From: Chloroflexota bacterium
Lineage (GTDB): Bacteria; Chloroflexota; Dehalococcoidia; Lucifugimonadales; JADFKI01
DNA: 64,000 nucleotides
Direction: 5' to 3'
NCBI GenBank assembly: GCA_027623195.1
Contig: JAQBUT010000020.1
Coordinates: 1 to 64,000, forward strand
The notes under the pieces were generated by a model that searched no databases, was not told the DNA's origin, and saw only the letters and a list, made by a program, of their open reading frames with translations. The position numbers were made by a program, and so were the translations under genes. Positions 1 through 8,836 of this stretch are shown piece after piece (positions within the stretch are counted from its first letter, which is position 1; each line of letters begins with the position of its first letter).

Positions 1-100
1 AACGGATGGCTAGCTCTGCGATCGTCTGGTCGCCCCTTAGAGCTGCCAGCGCAACCTTAGCCTTGAAGGCTGCGTTATGCTTTTTGCGACTGCTTTTCAT
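1..100 (-). CDS. IS3-family transposase OrfA, N-terminal part (partial)
   Basis: Own translation from ATG at 100: MKSSRKKHNAAFKAKVALAALRGDQTIAELAIR..., typical HTH start (FKAKVAL); GGAG upstream; absent from the ORF track. Confidence 0.85.
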   Translation of the reverse strand, partial: MKSSRKKHNAAFKAKVALAALRGDQTIAELAIR

Positions 101-182
101 GTCCTGCTCCTAACATATTCCATGTAATTCTAGGAGCCGAACTCTCTCTTAGCTACCTGTCCAAATTCCAGGGTCCACCTCA
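1..182 (-). mobile_element. Left end of an IS3-family insertion sequence (runs off the window)
   Basis: Minus strand from 182 reads TGAGGTGGACCCTGGAATTTGGACAG, a 5'-TG terminus resembling IS3-family inverted repeats, followed by an OrfA-like frame at 100. Confidence 0.8.
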
Positions 183-185
183 CTC

Positions 186-287
186 CTAGATGCTGGACAA
201 CAGGAACATATCCAGCAAGCCAAGGTGGGCCAGCAGATGCTCTGAGCAGTCCGCGTACGACTCTATTTTTTGTGTCTGTGTAGTCAT
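186..287 (-). pseudogene. 33-aa ORF, possibly the truncated 5' end of a larger gene next to the IS
   Basis: MTTQTQKIESYADCSEHLLAHLGLLDMFLLSSI*, AGGA upstream, stops a few nt before the IS end. Confidence 0.3.
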
Positions 288-340
288 ATGAATTTATCGG
301 TCCTGACCGATGTCCCGTCCCTCTAACGCCACCCGCTGGC

Positions 341-595
341 CTAATGCCTATATTCGTTGGGGCGACGCAACCACCCGCGTACTCCACGCCAACGATCTCC
401 GACTCCTACGCCCATCCGCTCCAAGTAGCCGGAAATGAATTTCGATATGCCGCCCAGATCGTCCACGTAACGTCGTTGATTGCTCGGCACGTGAGTTACG
501 TGACCCCGCCAGGTAGGCCGGTCATTCTGCTCGTCCGCATTTTCCAGCCAGACTTTTACTATGAATGAGTGCGTATTGGACTCGTAGGTGTCCAT
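341..595 (-). CDS. Small conserved-looking hypothetical protein
   Basis: 84 aa with SFIVKVW...WRGHVTHVPS motif; GAGG RBS upstream. Confidence 0.7.
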   Translation of the reverse strand: MDTYESNTHSFIVKVWLENADEQNDRPTWRGHVTHVPSNQRRYVDDLGGISKFISGYLERMGVGVGDRWRGVRGWLRRPNEYRH

Positions 596-893
596 TGATA
601 CCTCGCCTGCTAAGACTGGGGTGATTCTTTGCCGACTTATCGCCCCATGCCGTTTTCGGCTATTGGGATTCCGAATGCGACAACGGATAAGTAATATCAG
701 GGAGGGGTAACGGGAGGTGTCTAAGGAGCATCTGTGGGAGCGTCCGAAATGCGTCTTTTGTTTGGTCTTTCGGCCTGCGTTCTATGCGGAACGGGGCACA
801 ATAGGAAATTGGATTCGTAAAAATTACCCGCAGAGGACGTTAAATCCGCTGCGGGCTATTAATAATTTCCTAGAGGGGTGTAGCGCGAAATGT

Positions 894-1835
894 CTACGGG
901 AAGGCGCTGGGGTCAGCTATTCGGCGCGGGAAAGATCTCCTCCGGCCCCATCTCCGGTTATCCTGGATGTACTGTTGAACTTCGCTTTGAAACTCAACCA
1001 GAAGCGCTTGAAGCCGATTGACCTGCGGGGCTCCGTCGCCGGCCTTTGTTGAAACAAGCGTTTCCTCACCTAGCTGGTCGGCCCTGATCTGGTTATACAA
1101 GGAAACCGTCCATTTGGCGGGCTTCACTCCCAACTCTTCGTCCAGGGCAGAAACGCAACGCTCGTATTGGCGAAGCGCTGCCGTGCGGTCTCCCGCAAGG
1201 TACTGCAGACGCATCATACGCCAGTGAGTTCGCTCATGCGCCCGGTCGGACTGAAGTATCCGATGGCCGTACACAAGGCCCATTTCGTACTCCTCCATGG
1301 TTTCGAAGTACGTCATGAGCTTGTTCAGCATTGCCAGGTGCATTCCTTGCAGCCGTTCCCGCTCGAAGATGCACCAGTCGTGGTACCAGCCTTCTAGCAG
1401 GTTTCCGCGATGTAATTCCACAGCCTTCGCAAGCTGGTGGGCCGTCTGGGGGTCTAAGTCTCCGCCGGATTGACCTTGAACCGCTTCGTAAGCGGCCTCG
1501 AAATCCTTAATGTCCAGAGTAAAGTCAGCGTCGGAGTTTATGCTAACCCAGTCACTGCCGACCGACAGGCAGCCATCTGCCTCGACGCCGTCATCCGTCT
1601 TTAGTGCGCTCTGCAGTTGCCAGAGCGCTTGGCGAAGGTATTTCCTGGCCTGAACGCTGGAATTTTCGCCCCACAGCAGGTCGGCAAGCGCCTCACGGGG
1701 GTGACTGCGGTCGCGGTATAGGAGCATGTACGCGAAAAGCTCTTGCACCTTTCGTGCCTCCAGATGCGCAGCAACGGGCGCGCCCTGGTAATCAACATGA
1801 AATCTGCCAAAGAGTGAGATGTTTAGCTGGCTCAT
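894..1835 (-). CDS. SARP/AfsR-type transcriptional activator (winged helix + BTAD domain)
   Basis: LFGRF...ELFAYMLL...REALADLLW...LRQALWQL N-terminus; BTAD motifs (ERTHWRMMRL, ALRQYERC, EELGVKP); AAGGAG RBS. Confidence 0.92.
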   Translation of the reverse strand: MSQLNISLFGRFHVDYQGAPVAAHLEARKVQELFAYMLLYRDRSHPREALADLLWGENSSVQARKYLRQALWQLQSALKTDDGVEADGCLSVGSDWVSINSDADFTLDIKDFEAAYEAVQGQSGGDLDPQTAHQLAKAVELHRGNLLEGWYHDWCIFERERLQGMHLAMLNKLMTYFETMEEYEMGLVYGHRILQSDRAHERTHWRMMRLQYLAGDRTAALRQYERCVSALDEELGVKPAKWTVSLYNQIRADQLGEETLVSTKAGDGAPQVNRLQALLVEFQSEVQQYIQDNRRWGRRRSFPRRIADPSAFP

Positions 1836-2336
1836 CTTCGCTCTCTCCTTAAGTATCCGGGTGTAGCTTGCGGTTTTCGATTACCGACTGTTGTGCAGAT
1901 GTTACTAACTGAAACAACTGCCTTTGGGAGACTCGGGACCATGGCTTAATTCCGACCGTATCCCCACTCAACGCTTAGTTATCAATGCCGGGTATTTCAG
2001 ACCGTCTTTTGAGCATCTGCGGTAGCGTCTTTCCCTGGATAATTAAACACACCAGCGCAATGTAAGGCTCCGCATTCTAAAGAGAGGACTAACCCCGACC
2101 TTGAATGTGGGCGCAGTATATTGGCGGCGCCAAAGCAAAGTCAACGGGGGAACAGGGGAATTGCCAGGAGATATAATCTAAGAAAAATCTTGGATAAGGA
2201 CGACTTTCGGGGAAAGAATATATGCGGCGATTCGGCTTTCCACGACACGCTGCTTTTGACGTGGGCAGGGCTAAGTATTGCCGCTGATAGCGAGGCTACG
2301 GGCCTAATATATCGGGTGTTGTTAGATGGGCAATGC

Positions 2337-3563
2337 CTAGAACAGCAACTCGCCCTGGCGCTTGACCACCTCGCCCTGCCTGATGATGGAGTCGACGTTG
2401 TGCATAGCCTTGATGTCCGCAGCAGGGTTGCCCTCTACCATGACGATGTCAGCCGACTTGCCGACCTCCAGCGTGCCGATCTCGGCCTCCAGGCCCAGAC
2501 ATTCCGCCGAAGTTTTTGTTGAGCACACGATGGCCTCCATGGGAGTGATGCCCATGCGCTCCACCATAACTTGTGGAATATATGCGAAGTCATCAAAGTG
2601 GGCGTTGACCATTCCAGAGTCCATGCCGGTGACGAACTTGACGCCCCTGTCCCACATGTCTCGCAGAATCTCGAAACGCCTCACGGGGTCTTGCATGCCG
2701 GCGCCTCCCTCCCGGGCTCGTCCTCGCAACTCGTTCAGGTGGATTAGCGCCAGTGTCGGGTCGACAAAGATGCCCTTGGCGGCCATCTCGTCTGCTACCC
2801 CGGTGTCGTAGTCATAAAGCTTGGTCGGGTCGTCGTGCAGCCATGAGGAGTGGATGAGGTTGTGTACCCCGGCTTCCACGCAGTTTCGCACGCCGGCTGC
2901 AGCGTGGCAATGGGCCGCGACTCGCAAGTTCAGGCGCTCAGCGTCTTTAACGGCAGCCTTTAGGGTCGATACTGGGTACTGCGCCGCACGCACGTTAGTG
3001 CCTGGCGTGAAGGCCCCTCCGGTGGACATTACCTTTATATAACCTGCACCCAGCTTGAACTGTTGGCGCACCGCAGCCACCACTTCTTCCTCCGTGTTGG
3101 CCTCTGTGCCGAACATGTTGCAGTGTCCGCCGGTGGTGGTGATAGGGGTGCCCGTCACGATTAGCCTGGGTCCGGCGATAATGCCGTCCTCAATGGCCTG
3201 CTTGATTGGGAAAGCCACCTCGTTTCTGGCCCCCAGGTCCCGCATTGTCGTGACGCCGGATGACAGAGCGGCCCTCATCGCCTTGACGGAGCGCATCGTG
3301 AATATCTCGTTGCTCTCTGTGGTGATTTGCCTGTAGGCGTCCAACTCGCTGCTGCAGTGCATGTGGGAGTGCATCTCGATGTAGCCTGGCATGATGCTGC
3401 CGCTGACCGATATCTCATCCACCTTTTCGCCAGGAGCAAGCTGCAACTGGTCCTGAGTGGTTATCTGGGTAATCCTACCGTCTTCCGCCACCAGAGCGGC
3501 GTTGCTGATAGGTTCGGCCCCTGTCCCGTCGATTAAACGGTCTGCCTTTAGCACCAGCTTCAT
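2337..3563 (-). CDS. Metal-dependent amidohydrolase (prolidase/imidazolonepropionase-like)
   Basis: MPGYIEMHSH (HxH), GVTTMRDLG, IKVMSTGG, AAHCH, GMDSG, GKSADIV; start moved to MKLVLKAD at 3563. Confidence 0.9.
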   Translation of the reverse strand: MKLVLKADRLIDGTGAEPISNAALVAEDGRITQITTQDQLQLAPGEKVDEISVSGSIMPGYIEMHSHMHCSSELDAYRQITTESNEIFTMRSVKAMRAALSSGVTTMRDLGARNEVAFPIKQAIEDGIIAGPRLIVTGTPITTTGGHCNMFGTEANTEEEVVAAVRQQFKLGAGYIKVMSTGGAFTPGTNVRAAQYPVSTLKAAVKDAERLNLRVAAHCHAAAGVRNCVEAGVHNLIHSSWLHDDPTKLYDYDTGVADEMAAKGIFVDPTLALIHLNELRGRAREGGAGMQDPVRRFEILRDMWDRGVKFVTGMDSGMVNAHFDDFAYIPQVMVERMGITPMEAIVCSTKTSAECLGLEAEIGTLEVGKSADIVMVEGNPAADIKAMHNVDSIIRQGEVVKRQGELLF

Positions 3564-3815
3564 GTAATGCCCACCTTTTGCTTTATTAGCAATCTGCTTA
3601 ACACGCCTGATCAATGTCCCTACGGCCAAAACAGTAGGGAGTTGCCCGACGATCTAAAAAAATCCCAAAATATTGGGGGCATTATAGCATGGTGACCGGT
3701 GCCGTCTTGCGCCCACTAGACCGCCAAGCTATTTCTGGTATAATCGCGGCTAGTTTTAGAATGGCGTAAAGCCCACCTATTCGGACGACTATAACCGCCC
3801 CACAGGAGGCGACCA

Positions 3816-4796
3816 GTGGCAGGATACACGGAGCTAACTAAGGAAAGCGTACTGTGGATGTACGAGACGATGGTTACTATTCGGCGATTCGAGGAGCAGG
3901 CCAGGCGCGAGGCTGATGCCGGGAAACTGCGGGGCATACACTCGTCGATTGGCCAGGAGGCTGTGCCTACGGGTATATGCGCCCTGTTGCGCGACGATGA
4001 TTACGTGCTGGGCACGCATCGCAGCCATCACCATTGCATTGCCAAGGGCGTTAACCTAAAAGAGATGATGGCCGAGCTGCTGGGCAAGGCAACCGGCACC
4101 AACAAGGGCAAGGGCGGCACGATGCACATTGCCGATATCCGCAAGGGAATGCTTGGCGCCAACGGCGTTGTTGGCTCTAACATACCCGTTGCCACCGGCG
4201 TTGCCCTTAGCGCCAAGGTGCGTGGGACCGACCAGGTGAGCGTAGTTTTCTTTGGCGACGGCGCGTCCAGCCAGGGCAGTCTTCACGAATCCATGAACTT
4301 GGCCAGTATTTGGAAGCTACCCGTGCTATTCGTGTGCGAGAACAACCGCTATGCCGAGTCAACTCCCTTTGAATACTCTGTTGCCGGTGGATCGGTGGCC
4401 AACCGCGCTGCGGGATACGCCATGCCTGGTGTAGTGGTTGACGGCCAGTCCGCGCTGGAAATGTTCGAGGTTGCCAAAGAGGCGATTGCCAGGGCAAGGG
4501 CCGGGGAGGGACCTACCCTTATAGAGGCGCAGACCTACCGGTACATGGGCCACATGGGGGCCGACGATCCTCTCGGGTATCGAACACAGGAAGAGGAAGA
4601 CTACTATGAGGGTCGTGACTGCATCAAGCGGATGGAGGAACACCTTCTGGATAGCGGACTTGCGACGGAAAGCGACCTGAAGGCCATCGACGAGAAGGCC
4701 CTGGCGGCTATAGCCGAGGCAACCAAGTTCGCGGACGAGAGCCCCTTCCCGGATCCGTCCGAGCTCACAACCGACGTTTACGTATCGTATCCATAG
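3816..4796 (+). CDS. acoA: TPP-dependent dehydrogenase E1 alpha (acetoin dehydrogenase-like)
   Basis: GKGGTMH, TPP motif FFGDGA...ENN, TYRYMGH; AGGAGG RBS. Confidence 0.85.
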   Translation: MAGYTELTKESVLWMYETMVTIRRFEEQARREADAGKLRGIHSSIGQEAVPTGICALLRDDDYVLGTHRSHHHCIAKGVNLKEMMAELLGKATGTNKGKGGTMHIADIRKGMLGANGVVGSNIPVATGVALSAKVRGTDQVSVVFFGDGASSQGSLHESMNLASIWKLPVLFVCENNRYAESTPFEYSVAGGSVANRAAGYAMPGVVVDGQSALEMFEVAKEAIARARAGEGPTLIEAQTYRYMGHMGADDPLGYRTQEEEDYYEGRDCIKRMEEHLLDSGLATESDLKAIDEKALAAIAEATKFADESPFPDPSELTTDVYVSYP

Positions 4797-4927
4797 AAAC
4801 AAGTATCTAGTTATTAGTTCTCAGTAATTAGTGTTGAGAATCGAGAACTTTCCCGTTAATTGGAAGGGCCGCTTCGAAATACTGAAACTAAGAACTAAAG
4901 ACGAATAACTTAAGACTGGAGAGACCC

Positions 4928-5956
4928 ATGGTACAGACACAAGGCGTGCGACAGCTTTCTTATATCCAGGCCGTGAACGAGGCGCTTCGACTAGAAATGC
5001 GGCGCGACTCCACGGTGATAATCATGGGCGAGGACATCGCTGGGGGTGGAGAACGCGACGATTTCCAGGATGCCTGGGGAGGCCCTATGCGTCTCACCAA
5101 GGGTCTGGTAGGCGAATTCGGGCGCGAGCGCATTCGCGATACGCCTATCGCCGAGTCGGGCTTTATGGGAGCCGGCGTCGGAGCGGCAGCCACGGGACTT
5201 CGTCCTATCGTCGATCTTATGTACGTTGGTTTCCTAGGCGTATGCGGCGACCAGATCCTAAACAATGCTTCCAAGATTCACTATATGTTCGGCGGCAAGG
5301 TCAACGTGCCTTTGACCATAATGACGGGGACGGGCGCAGGCACCAACTCCGCAGCTCAGCACTCGGAGACGGTCTACTCTGTTTTCACTCACTACCCTGG
5401 ACTAAAGGTCGTTGTGCCCTCCAACCCATATAACGTAAAGGGCCTTTATGCTGCGGCCATACGAGACGATGACCCGGTAATCATCTGCAACAACCGTCAG
5501 CTTATGGGGGTTCGGTTCGATGTGGATGTGCCCGAGGGCGATTACACCATTCCCATTGGCAAGGCCGACATCGCCAGGGAGGGCACGGACGTTACGCTAG
5601 TAGGCATGAGCTACACCACCAGGGTATGCCTGCAGGCCGCCCAGGAGCTGGAAGCTCTAGGTTATTCGGCGGAGGTCGTGGACCTGCTTTCGCTGTCACC
5701 CATGGACGATGAGGCTATCCTGGAGTCGGTACGGAAGACCAGAAAGATCGTCATTGTGGACGAAGACTACCCGCGCTGCAGCATCGCATCCGACGTAGCA
5801 GCACTGGTGGCTGAGCAGGCTTTCGATTACCTGGACGCACCGCCCAAGCGCGTGAACCCGCCTCACACCCTTGTGCCCTACAGCATGCCATTGGAGGCGT
5901 TGTTTGTGCCCACCAAGGAGCAGGTAGTGGCAGCCGCACTGGAAGTCATGCAGTAG
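4928..5956 (+). CDS. acoB: E1 beta subunit (acetoin dehydrogenase-like)
   Basis: MGEDIAGG...DAWGG (AcoB-like), DTPIAE, AAQHS. Confidence 0.85.
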   Translation: MVQTQGVRQLSYIQAVNEALRLEMRRDSTVIIMGEDIAGGGERDDFQDAWGGPMRLTKGLVGEFGRERIRDTPIAESGFMGAGVGAAATGLRPIVDLMYVGFLGVCGDQILNNASKIHYMFGGKVNVPLTIMTGTGAGTNSAAQHSETVYSVFTHYPGLKVVVPSNPYNVKGLYAAAIRDDDPVIICNNRQLMGVRFDVDVPEGDYTIPIGKADIAREGTDVTLVGMSYTTRVCLQAAQELEALGYSAEVVDLLSLSPMDDEAILESVRKTRKIVIVDEDYPRCSIASDVAALVAEQAFDYLDAPPKRVNPPHTLVPYSMPLEALFVPTKEQVVAAALEVMQ

Positions 5957-5970
5957 GAGGCCCACCGAAA

Positions 5971-7170
5971 ATGGCAATTCCCATAGTAATGCCCCGACTG
6001 GGAGACTTCATGACCGAGGGCCTGGTGGCCAGGTGGACCAAGTCCAGCGGCGAGCATATAGATCAGGGCGAAGTTCTGGCAGAGATTGAGTCGGAGAAGC
6101 TCAATTATGAGCTAGAGGCCACGAGCACCGGCATCCTCCACCACGCGGTGGAAGAGGGCGCCACTGTGGAGGTCGACGGCATAATGGCCTACCTGCTTGC
6201 GGAAGGCGAAGCCCCGCCGCAGCCAGTAGCCCCTGCTGCTCCCAGTTCTGCCCCTGCGGCGTCAGCACCTGGCCGTACCGCTCCTGCGAGACAGGTTGAG
6301 GCTGGTGATGTAGTGCCGTCCACACCCGGCGCTCGTCGATTGGCTACCAGCCTTGGCGTGGATATTTCCAAGGTAACGCCCACCGGACCTCGTGGTCGCG
6401 TGGTGGATGCCGATGTTCGGGCTTACCACGAAAGCCAACCGGCCGGTGGAGCGCCAGCCGCAGGTCAAGCGCCGGCGGCCATACCGGGACTGCCAGAGCC
6501 TACACGGGTTGTGCCTTTGCAGGGCATTCGCAGGGCCATCGCCCAGAACATGCACGATAGCCTGGCAAAGACGGCACAGCTTACATATCATCTTGAGGTC
6601 GACATCACTGACGCTCAGGCTATGCGCCGTGAGGCCTCAGGCAACTCCGATGCCACCATCAATATGGCCAGCGTGCTGGTGAAGGCGTGCGCGGAGTCGC
6701 TACAGCGTGTGCCTGCGCTGAATACCCTGCTGGTGAACGGCAACGTGATGTACTACGACGTCATCAACATGGGGGTAGCAGTCGCTCTGGATGATGGCCT
6801 CATCGTGCCGGTAATCAAGGATGTTCAGGATAAGTCCATAGAGCAGATTGCCACCGAGATGCAGGAGCTTTCCGACAAGGCCAGGGCGGGACATCTAAGC
6901 TCAAGTGATGTCGTTGGGGGTACCTTTACTATAAGCGTACTGGGTGTGGTGGACGGCTTTACGCCCATACTGAACCCTCCGCAAAGCGCGCTGCTTGGCG
7001 TTGGCCGTAGCGTGCAGAAGCCCGTGGTCAAAGGCGGCGAGATCGTCGTCCGAGAGATGATGACGCTGAGCCTTACAGCTGACCACCAGGTAGTAGACGG
7101 CTCTGTAGCGGTAAGCTTCATGAGGCGTCTGCAGCAGATGGTGGAGCGGCCGAGCCAGCTCTTCAGTTAG
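5971..7170 (+). CDS. acoC: Dihydrolipoamide acyltransferase E2
   Basis: Lipoyl domain (EIESEKL), subunit-binding domain (TGPRGRV), catalytic TPILNPPQ...DHQVVDG. Confidence 0.85.
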   Translation: MAIPIVMPRLGDFMTEGLVARWTKSSGEHIDQGEVLAEIESEKLNYELEATSTGILHHAVEEGATVEVDGIMAYLLAEGEAPPQPVAPAAPSSAPAASAPGRTAPARQVEAGDVVPSTPGARRLATSLGVDISKVTPTGPRGRVVDADVRAYHESQPAGGAPAAGQAPAAIPGLPEPTRVVPLQGIRRAIAQNMHDSLAKTAQLTYHLEVDITDAQAMRREASGNSDATINMASVLVKACAESLQRVPALNTLLVNGNVMYYDVINMGVAVALDDGLIVPVIKDVQDKSIEQIATEMQELSDKARAGHLSSSDVVGGTFTISVLGVVDGFTPILNPPQSALLGVGRSVQKPVVKGGEIVVREMMTLSLTADHQVVDGSVAVSFMRRLQQMVERPSQLFS

Positions 7171-7423
7171 CGGAGAAGTAGAGCCAGGCCCCTTCGGTCC
7201 AGCCTCCATTTAGGTCACGGGAGCTCATCACGGGCACAACGTGGGTTAGACGGAGGCCCTGTTGCAGCATGTCTCGGCAAACGTCCTCCATCTCAGTTGC
7301 TAACCTCTGACGCCACGTACGCTCGTCCTCGTAATTGGATAGAAAGAGAAACTTCCACGTCTGCATTCGCCCCGTGCCTACGTAGACTACCCGGCAATCG
7401 GGTTGAGGATTATCCATAGCCAT
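7163..7423 (-). CDS. Hypothetical protein (~86 aa)
   Basis: ATG at 7423 with GGAG upstream; protein-like composition; overlaps the E2 stop convergently by 8 nt. Confidence 0.55.
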   Translation of the reverse strand: MAMDNPQPDCRVVYVGTGRMQTWKFLFLSNYEDERTWRQRLATEMEDVCRDMLQQGLRLTHVVPVMSSRDLNGGWTEGAWLYFSAN

Positions 7424-7609
7424 AGGTAATTTCCTCCGTTGTTGAACTCCGATTTTATCGAGGGTCCCCCGATAGGTCGGAGAATCCGACTCTACCATGG
7501 CCACATGATCAAAAACGAAACAAATATTCGTGCGTGTATTATATAGCGGCTCAGCCTTAGGTGCCTTTGCGGCCACCTATAGTGATATGAAACTAGGATG
7601 TGACGAAAA

Positions 7610-8548
7610 ATGGAATACACCCGACTGGGAAGAACAGGCCTCAAGGTATCCAGGATATGCGTAGGAACCAACATGTTTGGCGCAGAGTACGTCGATGATG
7701 CCCGGGCCATTTCCGTCGTGCATGCAGCCCTGGATAACGGCGTTAACTTCATCGACACGGCCGATGCCTATAACGGTGGTCGCTCTGAAGAGGTAGTGGG
7801 TAAGGCCGTAAAGGGTAGGCGATCAGATTACGTCGTGGCCACGAAAGGGTTCATCGCCACGGGTCCCGGCGAGAACGACAAGGGCCTCTCCCGCAAGCAC
7901 CTCCTGGATGCCGTGGAGGGCAGCCTTCGCAGGCTGGACACCGATTACATTGATCTCTACCAGGTGCACTACTGGGATCCCGATACGTCGTTGGAGGAAA
8001 CGCTGGGGACCTTGGACGACCTGGTTCATCAGGGCAAGATTCGGTACATAGGCTGCTCCAACTTCGCGGCGTGGCAACTCGCTAGAGCGCTGTGGGTCAG
8101 CGACAAGAATGGCTTCGCCAGGTTCGAGTCTCTGCAGCCTGAGTACAACTTCGGCAAGCGAGACATCGAGACAGAGCTTTTTCCATTGTGCGAAGACCAG
8201 GACGTTGGCATCATCCCATACCAGATTCTCATGGGAGGCGTGCTCACCGGCACCTACGACCGCGCCACCGACCCTGGCTCCGATACGCACATGGCTTCTC
8301 GTCACGCGACGCGGGCCAAGAACACCTACTGGACCGACGAGAACTTCGACAGGGTTGACCGCATGAGGAGCATCGCCGCAGACCTGGGTTGCGAGGTACC
8401 TCAACTGGTTATGGCTTGGGTCCTGTCAAAGCCAGTGGTCACATCCGTCATAGTTGGTTCCAGCAGGCCTGAGCAGGTCGCAAAAAACGCCCAGGCCGTT
8501 GAGGTCAAACCATCCGCTGACGTGCTGCAAATCCTAGACACCATGTAA
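7610..8548 (+). CDS. Aldo/keto reductase
   Basis: LGRTGLKVS, FIDTADAY, SLRRLDTDYIDLYQVH, IGCSNF. Confidence 0.95.
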   Translation: MEYTRLGRTGLKVSRICVGTNMFGAEYVDDARAISVVHAALDNGVNFIDTADAYNGGRSEEVVGKAVKGRRSDYVVATKGFIATGPGENDKGLSRKHLLDAVEGSLRRLDTDYIDLYQVHYWDPDTSLEETLGTLDDLVHQGKIRYIGCSNFAAWQLARALWVSDKNGFARFESLQPEYNFGKRDIETELFPLCEDQDVGIIPYQILMGGVLTGTYDRATDPGSDTHMASRHATRAKNTYWTDENFDRVDRMRSIAADLGCEVPQLVMAWVLSKPVVTSVIVGSSRPEQVAKNAQAVEVKPSADVLQILDTM

Positions 8549-8836
8549 CCCACACCAAACCACAACCAATTCCCCAGATTACATACACCAGTTCTCCTAG
8601 AAACTAAGGGGAGGACATGCAAAATTTAGCCTTGGTACTTGGCGCATCAGGCAAATCTTCTGAACCCATTTACCGAGCGCTTGTTTGAGTCCGGCTTTCT
8701 AATCGGATATTTCCTGGATTTTCTAGGAAGGGTTCTTTTAGTGGACTTTTTCAGTTTATAGCTGGAACTCTCGAGTTTATTTGGCAGGTATATATAGTTT
8801 TTGTGGCCAAGGTTTCCTTGGTCGTGGTGTGTGGGT

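Noticed and set aside
2268..2336. GCGAGGCTACGGGCCTAA resembles part of a c-di-GMP-I riboswitch
   Set aside because: No recognisable GAAA-tetraloop stem, and it points into the 3' end of a convergent gene with nothing to regulate.
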